64,000 bases of DNA from Squalus acanthias (Eukaryota): the NCBI GenBank assembly GCA_030390025.1, contig CM059432.1, positions 132,928,001 through 132,992,000 on the forward strand. Reading direction: 5' to 3'. Position numbers and translations under genes: made by a program. The notes beneath the pieces are model-generated. The model worked only from the letters and a program-made list of their open reading frames with translations. It had not been told where the DNA came from and did no database searches. Position 1 is the stretch's first letter; every line of letters starts with the position of its first letter. Below are positions 37,151-49,290 of this stretch, piece by piece.

Positions 37151-38298
37151 AATCATAGAATCATAGAAATTTACAGCACAGAAGGAGGCCATTCAGCCCA
37201 TCTTGTCCGCGCCGGCCGACAAAGAGCTATCCACCTTAATCCCACTTTCCAGCTCTTGGTCCGTAGCCTTGTAGGTTACGGCACTTCAAGTGCATATCCA
37301 GGTACTTTTAAATGTGATGAGGGTCTCTGCCTCTACCACCCTTTCAGGCAGTGAGTTCCAGACCCCCACCACCCTCTGGGTGAAAACATTTCTCCTCAAC
37401 TCCCCTCTGAACCTCCGACCAATTACTTTAAATCTATGCCCCCTGGTTATTGATCCCTCTGCTAAGGGAAATAGGTCCTTCCTATCCACTCTATCTAGGC
37501 CCCTCATAATATTATACACCTCAATTAGGTCTCCCCTCAGCCTCCTCTGTTCCAAAGAAAACAACCCCAGCCTATCCAATCTTTCCTCATAGCTAAAATT
37601 CCCCAGCCCAGGCAACATCCTCGTAAATCTCCTCTGCACCCCCTCTAGTACAATCATATCCTCCCTGTAATGTGGTGACCAGAACTGCATGCAGTATTCT
37701 AGCTGCGGCCTAACTAGTGTTTTATACAGTTCAAGCATAACCTCCCTGCTCTTATACTCTATGCCTCGGCTAATAAAAGCAAGCATCCCGTATGTCTTCT
37801 TAACCATCTTATCTACCTGTCCTGCTACCTTCAGGGATCTGTGGACATGCACTCCAAGGTCCCTCTGATCTTCTGCACTTCTCAGTGTCCTACCATTTAT
37901 AGTGTTATCCCTTTGTCTTGTTCGCCCTCCCCAAATGCATTACCTCACACTTCTCCAGATTGAATTCCATTTGCCACTGTTCTGCCCATCTGACTAGTCC
38001 ATTGATACTTTCTTGCAGTCTGCAGCCTTCTTCTTCATTATCAACCACACGGCCAATTTTTGTATCATCTGCAAACTTCTTAATCATACTTCCTACATTC
38101 AAGTCCAAATCATTGATATATACCACAAAAAGCAAAGGTCTCAGTACTGAGCCCTGCGGAACCCCACTGGAAACAGCCTTCCAGTCACAAAAACACTCTT
38201 CGACCATTACCCTTTGTTTCCTGCCTCTGAGCCAATTTTGGATCCAACTTGCCACTTTGCCTTGGATCCCATAGGCTTTTACTTTCGTGACCAGTCTA
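37151..38298 (-). mobile_element. CR1 LINE 3' ~1.1 kb
   Basis: ORFs 37905..38255 (GVPQGSVL, KFADDTK) and 37286..37852; (CTATGATT)n tail. Confidence 0.95.
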
Positions 38299-41200
38299 AC
38301 CGATGAAGGTGGCTTTAAGTCTCGAGACTATCTGTCACTGAAACTTGCCTACCATATGTTGAGATGGGTTTCAAAAGTTTTTTTGGCTTTTTGGTAATTG
38401 CAGAGGTATTTTGTCAGTTAGGGCAACAGAAATAGATTCTTTCCGGTCTTATCTGCTGCACGTGCTATAACTAGTCAGCTAATTGTGAGCGACACTGGGA
38501 AAAAGAATCAGAGCCTAAAAATAAACCTCCGAGAAAGGTCAGCAATGTTCTCTGGAATTATCCTAGCTTGCATCATACAGTAAATCACTCCAATACATTT
38601 TTATTATGGTAATAAAATATTTTCAAAGTTCATTGTCAATGATGAGCTGCCTACAAGATTAAGAGGCATTAATCATAATTGTCATTAATGAGCGAAATAA
38701 GTAAATATCAGGGAATCAACACAACAGGAGACTTCTCTACAGCCTCAATTACCTGATGAATTTCTTATTTCAATGCCAGTCAATGAATTGGTTAGCGGGA
38801 GAGGTTCCAGCACCAATAGAGATAGTATACTGAGTGATGCATTTACCCCTCTTGCTAAGGATGCCTGCAACTAAGCATTAGCTGGAGGATGAGCCACTGC
38901 ATTCTCAATGAAGCACCTGAATGTGACTGTGAATTATATCAATGCCCACCTCAAGAGCATTCGGGCGAATCTGTACTACCCCCTCAATGAGCACCTGGCT
39001 GTTACTTCCCTCATCTCACAATTTGCTGGCTGTACCTAACAACCCAGCCATTTCCCAATATATCCACCATTATATTTGCCTTTTCTCACACAAGCTATCA
39101 AGCAGAGCACAACGTGTGTCAGTTACAAGAAGGCTGCATTGTTTTGCAGCCTGAGGATTTTACTCCCTTCCATCTTTCATGACTCGTGGACAAAGATTAT
39201 CTAAAGGAGACGTTGGGGCAGGTTGTCTTTGTTCAAGTTCTGTTTGGCAGTTGGACTGAAACCACAAAAAAAACTGGAAAGTGTGATCCTTAGCTCTGTT
39301 GTTGGAGCAGAGCCCAAGACAGACAACAGGAGTAAAACTGTAATGTTGTAAGATTACACAGTAAATAATAAACCACATTATATTTCAAAACTACAAGGTC
39401 TCAGAATAACATCTTGCAAACACTTTTGCACAAAGCTTACAAGGATTGCCTCCAGTCTCTCGAAATAATCAAGGCAAATTATTAATTAATTAGAAAAGAA
39501 TCCTAACTCAAAATTAATCGTTCTAGTTTAGGATTTGTAATAACCTCAGTAAAATTCATCAATAATTTCAAATAAAGCATATTTCCAACATTCAATGTTT
39601 ATGTTAAAATGTGTTTATCACAACGACAACTTGTTTACCTCATATCAAGAGATGATGTTGCAGATCCTGTGTGGAGATTGGAGAATGGATGACAAACCTA
39701 CTGGGGGAAAAACTGGACCCGCTTCAGAATGGGAGCAAAAAGCACCAGTTTCTCAGTGCTATCTTCCCAAGGACACCTGAAACACATCCAGCGGCACATT
39801 GGGTTACATGCTGCATGTTTGCCAATCACAGAACAATGAACTTGCTAAGTGTTTGCTTGTTGGAACTGTGTTAACTGTACAGAATATGGACTGGACATAA
39901 AATCTGCCCTATATCGACAGCCGATTATTTTTCAACAAGCCTACAGTAATTGCACCTCAAATTTTGAATGTCTTCACACCTGAAGAGCATGGAGTGCTCC
40001 GAAGGTTAGCATCCACTCTGATGGTCAGTGCTGGCAAAAGGTTGGCAAAATCTAAACACTCGGCTAAAATTGAAATGGTCTGCATTCTAAATAACAGCAG
40101 ATAGTAGGGAGTGATTTCAGTCCTGCAATTTCTCCAGCTCTGCTCTCGTAGTTTATGTCATCACCTGAACCCTTCATTCACATTACTGCCTCGTAATCGC
40201 TACCAGGTATTCATTATTATTCTTATACACAATGAGACAATTACAGTTAAAAGTAAAATGCACAGAGTTTAATCTTATTTTTTTGCAAGGAGCCATATTG
40301 TAATAGCAGAGAATTGAACATGCCTCTAGACAGACTAAACCTATGTTTATCATTATTGATTTTCAGTTGAATTGCATTTGAAATGATTTTTCACTGTAAG
40401 ATAATTGTAGCGTTACTGATAAAGCAGAGGGTCTCGACAATGCCAATTCTACAAGCCACACAAGAGCTGGAGATGTCGTAAGAGGAGGAATCGTTTCCGT
40501 AGTTACAAAGATGCCACGAACAACCTATTATTTATATGGGATGTAGGAGTTCATGTCCAGTATTGGCACACCCAGGATCATATGCCAGGAGCGCATATAG
40601 GAATATCGGGCGTGGAGGACAGCTTGCTCATTATGCAGCCCACTTTATTTTCCATCCATTAAAATGAACAGGCAGAAAATCAGGCAGGAGATGCGATTGG
40701 TGCACGATTCCTGCACCAGATATTCTGATAGGCTCTGCTCACACTAGCAATGCTGTACGGCAGCACGCTAAGGTGGATAATTGTCCCGTACCAGATCGCC
40801 AATAGACGGACAACACTTAAACAATTCATTTTAGTCTGTATTTAGTTTCTGAATTTGTTTTTTTAAATTTCTGTAGGGCTGCCAACACAGTCAATTTGGC
40901 AGTAGGTATCCATTTTATTGGCCTTCACAGGTTGTTGTGTAGATTTAATAGAATCTATATATAGTGCGGCATAAAATCCCACATTCACACAGTGAGGCCC
41001 CTCCAAGTCACAAAGCTTTTAGCTGATCTTCTTAGAATTTTCCCCCCCCCGAAAGAAAGCTTTTCTGAAAAGGTTTTTGTAAATGGTGGAAATTTCCCGC
41101 AAAGATTCTGAATGTGATGCCAGTGGAAGCTTTGCGAGGAAGGCCTAACTGGGAATGTATGCAGAGCAGGCCACAGTTCAAATTTTACAATTTCTGTTTG

Positions 41201-43744
41201 GCATAAACTGATTTCCACCCTTCCTCCCCCAAGCTTGTGAACACAAACTCGGACCCCAGCAACTTAGACTCCTGGCACAATCAACGGTACAAAGGAAAAC
41301 ACAGCTTTGTCGATTGGGTTTGGATTTCTTAAGGGACAGAGGGACTGAAGATCTTACCTGGAATCCAAAGTGGTACGGGAGGTGGTGGGGTGGGGAGGGA
41401 AAGAGATCAATTTTTTCCTCCAGTGCCATGCATCCTCTCAAGATTTAATTGGATTCTCTCTCAAAATACTCTGCAGTACACAAAAGGAGTATGTTTAAAA
41501 TACTTACAATTTGAGAAAGGCTTAGGATTTATTTTAAAAAACCTAATTTCTGCATTCTAATAGCTGGCAGGAAACTAAAAAGTTATTTACAAAGTGTCCT
41601 CAAAAAGCTCACTTAAATAGAATCTGTCTTTATTTTTATTTGCTTCACAGAACAGTGACGAAATTTGGGTTCAATGTTTTAACAGGTAATAGGAGTCGAA
41701 AGCACGTAAACAAATAACCCTGACTAGAACTGCAAACGAGCAGGAGAAATGTAATAACACTGTCTTGCTTGGTTTTAATTTTGGAAAATGCACGGTCCAC
41801 TTAAAATGTTTCGAATTCTTGACAAAGTGTTTGTAATGCGTGGCTGGAGCTGAATTATCCATTATTGTACTTAAAGTTTTCAATTAAACGATCCATCAAA
41901 CTTGGCAGAGTTTTCAGAGGAGCCTGGGTGCGAATGCATTAAGATTGCGTTTGAAAAGTGGGCTTTGAGAGACATGCCCACAAGCATGGTTTGGTAATCC
42001 TCTTTATGCTACTGGCGAGGATACAATACCGATTATGTTTCGTGTTTATGCAGTATTAATAGTGGGATCCTAATGCAATACATGACCTCTATTTCTGTGG
42101 AGGAAGATTGGACTTAAACGATATTCTGATCCACTGGGACCATCCTGGGCTTTTTTTTTTTGCCCGTCTGGACACTATAAAGCTTGCATCTTTTCTGGGA
42201 ATTCCAGAATAAAATGACTGTTATTTATCATTACAAACCTCTTTATCATTTAGTCAATAAAAGCCTTTTTTTTTGCACAGCGAGCTCAGAGTCAGAAATC
42301 TGTAATAGTCTCCTTTGGCCTGAAGGCAGGAGATGTCAAAAGCTAAATCATGATCAGCCCTGGCTTTCTGGCTAAATTGTGTATGAAGGCCTCGGGCAAA
42401 AAGGTGCACATGCTCATTACTTGAAACAGAAAAAAGAAGTTCACATACAGAGACACACATATGCAGCTGGAAATATTAGATATGAAACAATCCAGCTTCA
42501 GACAAGTTGACTCCATTTGTTTCATGGATTAACGCATAATGTGACTTTCAAGGGAGGGGGGTTTAACTCCGCATAATGCACCTTTTGAAGTTTGTCGCAG
42601 TAGCTTGGAAACAATTTAACAGTCAAATTGCCCCAACAACAAAAAAAAGATATACTTTGGGTTCTGTAGCATTCCCCCCCCCCCCCACCCCCCCACCTTA
42701 ACCCTTTGGAGACTGCAGTACTTTACCCAGGCCCCTGTGCTTTCATTTTGTTTCAGTTAAGTTTATTTCAGAAGCTTTTCTAATCAAACCCTTGATTTTG
42801 TGCTTTTGTATGTTTTTTTGCTGGTTTTCCAGAGGTAGAAAAGTAAACCGAATCGTTTTCCTAACTGAAGTCCTCTTCAAGTTAAACTGTACCCGCCGAC
42901 CGTCTATAAATCATTCACCTAATTTATGGTCGCCATTACAGTTTAAAAAAAAAATTGCCAAGGTGTCCCCGAAAGAGATCATGAAAACTCGATTTTACCC
43001 AGTACGATTATTAAATTATGTGGGGGAGAAAATATTGCAAAGGACCTTCAGTATTCAAATGGGTGAAAGCAGCATATGTGGGGGTCTCCACCCCCACTTG
43101 CACGCACTCCCCACTCTGCAGCCAGTTTCCTTTGCTGATTCAACTTTAGCCCTAATTAGAGAAGAGTTACTGACTCCAAAGACTTTCCTGTTGTCAGTTG
43201 ATACAAGGCAGTGATTGGCAGGCCACCAATTTTCCTTGAGCTGTTTTACGTTTATTTACTTTTATTACACACAAAAAAAAGCCACAGCGCTTTTGTCCGC
43301 ACCGAGAATAGCACAATGGGTGGTGGCTTTGCCTTTGAATCCAGCTTGATGCCAAATGCGCTGTTTTATGTCAGAGGTTGTTTTCCAAATCTCGTTGAAT
43401 GGCCTCGTTGGGAATTATGCTGTAAAACTACAAATATTCGTGCCGTTAAATGTTTCATAAATCCCCAACCCCCCACCAACTGTGGCTTATATTTGCATCA
43501 TAATTTGGAAATCCAGGTTTCTGGATTTATTAGTGCTAGTATGTATATATTTGCAGTTATGTTGCAATTTATTGAATATGGCATATTTATTTTAGAGGAT
43601 AATTAGCTTTAGTTTTTCAAGTAGTTCACTTGGGAAGGAAACCAGGTTATGGATCTCTCTGTTGTAGAATGCCCGTGGAAAAGTATCTTGTGTACTTGCG
43701 TGCCATCCTGACCGTGGCCAAATCAATGGGGTGGGTGCAGAGTT

Positions 43745-44052
43745 CTCATCTTTCGGATGAGACGTTAAGCCGAGACCCCGTCTGCCCTCTCAGGTGGACG
43801 CAAAAGATCCCATGGCAGTATTTCGAAGAAGAGCAGGGGAGTTCTTTCTGGCATCCCTGGCCAATATTTATCCCTCAACCAACATCCATAAAGCAGATTA
43901 TCTGGCCATGATCACATTGCTGTTTTGTGGAACCTTGCTGTGCGCAAATTGGCTGCCACGTTTCCTACATTATAACAGTGAAGTACTTCATTGGCTGTAA
44001 AGTGCTTTGGGACGTCCTGAGCTCATGAAAGGCGCTATATAAATGTGTTTCT
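43745..44052 (+). mobile_element. DeuSINE, 5'-truncated
   Basis: Reverse complement of 52815-53125. Confidence 0.88.
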
Positions 44053-44702
44053 TTTGCTGAGTGGCAGCCTAGTGTTGCTTCATAAGCGGAAAGAAAAATT
44101 GTACAGAGGAAAGATCCACTCTGCCTGCTCTTGCACACTGCCGAGAGGGCTGGTATGAGCAGAGGTCTAAACAGCAGGTGAGCTGCACATCACATAGAAT
44201 GTGACGGGGAAAACTAAACAAGGAAGGGAAATACATAAAATAATTCACAAAAGAAAAACCACAGAAAAAAATACCAGTCATCAGTCATCGAATGTCTTTT
44301 GTCTGCATTAACAGATTGAGTGATTGAGATGTAGATATGGGGCGGAAGGTAAATTGGTGTAAGAACTGATCGCACTGATCTGCCTGAGCTTTTAAAAGCA
44401 ACCTTGCGTCCTGTAATGTTTTCACACCAAAGCCTGATAGTAATGGGGCGAATAATTTGTGAATTGTTATGCATTAGGTGGTTTTACTATTGGAATGGTC
44501 ATGCCCTTGGATTATAAGGGCAGCTCATGTTGATTCTGTTGTCTCCCAAGCAAAACAATGAGAGTACACTTTGCATTTGTGAACATCATCTTGATTAGGG
44601 CAAGGTGATTTCCAAGTTAAACCTCCTCTTTCTAGCCTGACCCTGATATTCTCTGGTCTAGCGTCCTAATGCAGTAAAACGTTCTTCCTGTCTCGACACG
44701 AT

Positions 44703-45397
44703 GTGCTGGGTTTTGTGGTCAGTGGCGAATGAGCGGCGGCAGCCGTTCATTACACTTGCCTTTCGCATTGGAAGTTCCTGTCAGTCAACTAGCCAAACAG
44801 CGCAGCGCCCTCTACAGGGCATCTGGGACCTGTGTGAACAAGGCAAGCAATTGTGTGTCTCATTAACCAATCCGATTGAAGAATCATTACTGAGCAGTGC
44901 AGAGTCTGAACCAGGAAGTGTTAGTTAGTATATTGAATGCGATGTCAAGTACAGGTACAGAAAGCCGAATAAAGAGAGGGAAAGAAAGATTGGATTAAGA
45001 GAGACAGATAAAAGAGACAAAGACATTTTTTAAAATCTCCAACAATAATTTAAAATCTAAAGGAACTTTTCACACTTGTAAAAGTTAAGTTTCAGTGCCA
45101 GAGAGATTGTTAGGCAGTGATTAAGACTTATCACGCCATAAAAAGGGTACTTGCACTGGAATGGACAAGCCCTAACTTTTTCTGATGAGTTTAGTCTGTA
45201 TCTATGAGGTATGCACAGCAATGTATTTGAATGGTGAGTCTCGGCGAGATACCATTGTAGTGCAATTTCTGGAGGAGCAGGGCAAGTCAGACAGTGATTT
45301 CCAGACTTCCACGTTTAACTGCGCATGCGGAAGTTGCTGCTCGATTTCCGCATAAATAAAAGTGAGCGCTGTTAGCCTCACTGTTATTTCTACTGCA
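44703..45397. mobile_element. Decayed family D MITE
   Basis: Inverted homolog of 14909-15675 (e.g. GCGCCCTCTACAGG, CCAATCCGATTGAAGAATC, AAAATCTCCAACA). Confidence 0.7.
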
Positions 45398-45439
45398 TAG
45401 TATCACAGAAAAGCTCTGTGGTTATGGAAGGCACAAACT

Positions 45440-47160
45440 CCAACAACAACTTGCTCTCTACCCCTCTCTCCTCCTTTAAGATGCTCCTTAAAACCTACCA
45501 TTTTTGACCAAGCTTTTGAACATCTGTCCTAATATCTTCTTATGTGGCTCAGTTTCAAATTTTGTCTGATATCGCTCCTGTGAAGTGCCTTGGGATGTTT
45601 TGCTACATTAAAGAGGCTATATAAATGCGAGTTGTTGTTATAGTGCCTTTAACGTAGTAAAACGTCTCAAAGTGCTTAATAGGAGCGTAATCAGACAAAC
45701 AAAATTGGCACTCAGTCAACAAAGGAAATATTAGGACAGGTGACCAAAGGCTTGATCAAAGAGGTAGGTTTTAAGAGCATCTTAAAGGAGGAGAGAGAGG
45801 TGGAGAGGTTTATGAAGGGAATAAGCTTTGGGCTTAGACAGCTGAAGGCACAACTGTCAATGGTGGCGTGAAGGAAGTTGGAGATGCACAAGAGGCCGGA
45901 ATTGGAGTAATGCAGAGTTCTCTGAGAGTTGTAGGGCTGCAAGAGGTTACAGATATAGGGAGAGCTGAGGCCATGGAGGGATTTGAACTCGAAGATGAGA
46001 ATTTTAAATTCAACGCATTGATGGACTGGGAGCCAATGCAAATCAGCGAGCACAGGGAAGATGGGTGAACGGGACTTGGTGCGTGTTAGGATACGAACAG
46101 CAGAGTTTTGGATGAGCTCAAGTTTATGTATGGCCTACTCCTGATCCTAATTCTTATGTTCTTATGAATGAGGGCTTCAGCAGCAGATGGACTGAGGCAG
46201 GGGCGGAGACGAGCGATATTATGGAGGTGGAAGTAGGTCTTAGTGATGGAGAGGATATGGGGGTCAGTCAATGACTATCTCCAACAAGCGAGAGTCTAAC
46301 CACCTCCCCTTGACATTCAACGGCATTGCCATCGCCGAATCCCCCACCATCAACATCCTGGGGGTCACCATTGACCAGAAACTTAACTGGACCAGCCACA
46401 TAAATACTGTTGCAACAAGAGCAGGTCAGAGGCTGGGTATTCTGCGGCGAGTGTCTCACCTCCTGACTCCCCAAAGCCTTTCCACAAGGCACAAGTAAGG
46501 AGTGTGATGGAATACTCTCCACTTGCCTGGATGAGTGCAGCTCCAACAACACTCAAGAAGCTCGACACCATCCAGGACAAAGCAGCCCGCTTGATTGGCA
46601 CCCCATCCACCACCTTAAACATTCACTCCCTCCACCACCGGCGTACCGTGGCTGCAGTGTGTACCATCTACAAGATGCACTGCAGCAACTCGCCAAGGCT
46701 TCTTTGGCAGCACCTCCCAAACCCGCGACCTCTTCCACCTAGAAGGACAAGGGCAGCAGGCACATGGGAACACCATCACCTCCAAGTTCCCCTCCAAGTC
46801 ACACACCAAACAGACTTAGAAGTATATCATCGATCCTTCACCGTCGCTGGGTCAAAATCCTGGAACTCCCTACCTAACAGCACTGTGGGAGTACCTTCAC
46901 CTCATGGACCGGTTCAAGAAGACGGCTCACCACCACCTTCTCAAGGGCAACTAGGGATGGGCAATAAATGCTGGCTTTGCCAGCGACGGCCACATCCCAG
47001 GAACGAATAAAAAAATAAGTCAGGGTCAAATAAGACGCCGAGGCTGCGAAAAATCTGGTTCCGCCTGAGACGATGGCCAGGGAGGGGGATGGAATCGGTG
47101 ACTAGAGAATGGAGTTTATGGCAGGGGTGAAAGACAATGGCTTCGGTCTTCCTAATGTTT
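45440..47160 (-). mobile_element. L2 LINE fragment hosting several nested insertions
   Basis: ORFs LADLHWLPVHQCVEFKIL and ITKTYFHLHNIARLRPCLS; interrupted by a plus-strand L2 tail (45456-45639), a short CR1 tail (~46128-46165) and a family 2 LINE. Confidence 0.85.
46269..47017 (+). mobile_element. CR1-group LINE family 2, 3' ~750 bp
   Basis: Near-identical to 6720-7680 but without the fold-back insertion. Confidence 0.93.
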
Positions 47161-47565
47161 GTTTACCTCCCAACATTAATACCACACTGGAACAGTTCCA
47201 GAGAAGTGAAAAGATTAGACAGTAAATTGTAAGAATAAGCTATTTTTTTTGGATATATTCAGAAGTAAACCACACTCAGTATTGGTATGACTGCAGAAAG
47301 CACTTCAGCTTTGCTGAAAGAGTTCACAATATCAACTTCCCTCTATTGTGTTATAACTTTCAACAGTGTCTTAAAACACAATGGTCGCGATTTTGCTCAC
47401 CTCGGTGGGTCTGTGGCGGGCGATGTTGGTGGCGGGTCCCGACCCCGCTGCTGTCTCCATCCCGCTCTGTGAACTGAATTTCCCTTGATGAGGCTTGTTA
47501 AGCCCGCCCAGCGCGTTTCCCGGCCAATTAGAGGAAGCGGGTCTGGTGACATCATTTGATGACGC

Positions 47566-47784
47566 TGACGTAAGAAAACTACTAGGCACTTGGTCTAAGC
47601 GTTAAACAAAGCTTTAATCAACTGTTTTACAACATGGAGATCTAGTTGTGTCCTTCACTAGTTCCGGTTAAGAATGTCCTGCGCAAGCTGGGCCCGTGCC
47701 CGAGTATTTATACTCTCCCTGGACAGCACCACCCGCAGGCCACTCAGTATTATTTCATAAGTCATGAATGACAGATTCATGTCA
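47566..47784 (-). mobile_element. Solo LTR
   Basis: TGAC...GTCA termini, 5-bp TSD GACGC/GACGT; on the minus strand TATAAATA (47705-47712) is followed by ATTAAA (~47613-47618). Confidence 0.75.
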
Positions 47785-47894
47785 GACGTGTCATCAGCCG
47801 ATTTCCTTAAAGGGACCATGTCCAAATTGATTTTGACATTTGTGCTGTCAGTGTTCTACAGCATTGAGGTGCTGCAAACACTGACAAGCACTGC

Positions 47895-48115
47895 ACAGAG
47901 GTGCAGGGCTGCACCCAGGCTCTCCCATGACTCTCTGCATATGCTTATGGAGGGAGTCACAGCACGCAGGGAGGTCCTCTTCCCTTGCCATAGGTGGAAG
48001 AGACCTCCCCAGGAGATCAACAGCGCCTGGTTGCACATTGCAGAGGAGGGCACAAGCAGGGATGTGGTCAGGAGGACCTGGGTGTGGTGATGCAAATGTT
48101 TCAATGATCTCATTA
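47895..48115 (+). pseudogene. Harbinger Myb/SANT-like DNA-binding protein remnant
   Basis: AAPRLSHDSLHMLMEGVTARREVLFP...AWLHIAEE...RRTWVW*CKCFNDL matches the W-spaced trihelix pattern of Harbinger ORF2 (NAIF1/MSANTD-like); in-frame stop present. Confidence 0.8.
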
Positions 48116-49290
48116 GATCATGAAACATTAGTACAAAGCCACACTCAACCTCATCCTGCTGTGCCTCTCATCACATCCCCTTCACTCTGTCTTTCCTACC
48201 CTACTCCTGCACATCCTTACTCACACCAACTCACCTTAGACCTCCACTCATCCCTCTCTATCTATATTATCACATTCCCATCTCACTAGCCACCCTTCAC
48301 ACTCACCCTCATCCTAGTGCACTCATATGAACTAACAACACACAAGTATTGGCACTTGGGTCTTTTATCCAATGTTCATGTAAAGTTTCTGTTAACGTGG
48401 TGTCAAACATTGAAATCTTTATTTTCAACACTTTGTGTCCTTGGACAGATTTGTGTGCTCCTTTGGAAGCAGCTTAGTGAGTTGCAGTGAATGATGAGAC
48501 ATAACGGTACCCCCCGCAATGGTGATGAGTGTGAAAGGAATGGCTTGGGCTTTGTAGGGATGATTTATGGTGTTGGTGTGGGGTGGTGCCAACCTGGCGC
48601 ATGATGTGGAAGCCAGGGTGTACAGTGTCAAGTGGTGAGGCCATCCTGGCCTCCTGGGCAGCAATGTGCTCAGGTGCTGATGCCCTCTGTCCTGTGCAGC
48701 ATCAGTTGATAGTGGAGAATGTTGGTGTTGTTGTTGGTGCTGCTGGTGTGCCTGGTGCTGCTGGTGTTGGGGCTGATCGTGGTGGGATTCTAAGGACCAA
48801 GGTGAGAGAGTATAAAGGGAACCCATGTTGATGGAATAGATGGCAGGTGAAGTTGAGATGAGAGAAGCGATCTGTCAATGGTGAGAGAGGTTGTTCCAAT
48901 GAGGTGACACTGGATAGAGAGTTTGCTCCAAACACTTGCAACCTGCCTAAAGTTCAATCTGTCTTCCAAATGCAGTAAGCAACAGCTTCCGAGCTTGGAA
49001 AGTGAAGAGCTGTGAGGTGGGAGCGTTTATAGCACATTTCAAGCTGTCAAGTATTCAGCTAATTCAATGGCCATTCAGCTCCTGCATCAGCTTAACAGAT
49101 GTGATCCCCAAGCAGTGAGGACCCCGTGGGTGAGCACGTAAAGTCAAAAGGTAAACTAAAATGTATTCTCAATGATGTCTAAACAAGGTCATAATGCACT
49201 TAATCTTGTCCCCCGCCGCTGCATGTCGGGTCTGCTCAGCGCTGACAGACCCGACATTTGGTAAAGGCACGTGGCGGCGGGTTTACAGCG

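Noticed and set aside
42792-43606. Two abutting 130-140 aa ORFs
   Set aside because: Non-ATG starts, no motifs, and composition typical of non-coding AT-rich DNA
48425-48826. Poly-Gln/His host protein
   Set aside because: Lies inside the Harbinger remnant; low-complexity TE-derived frame
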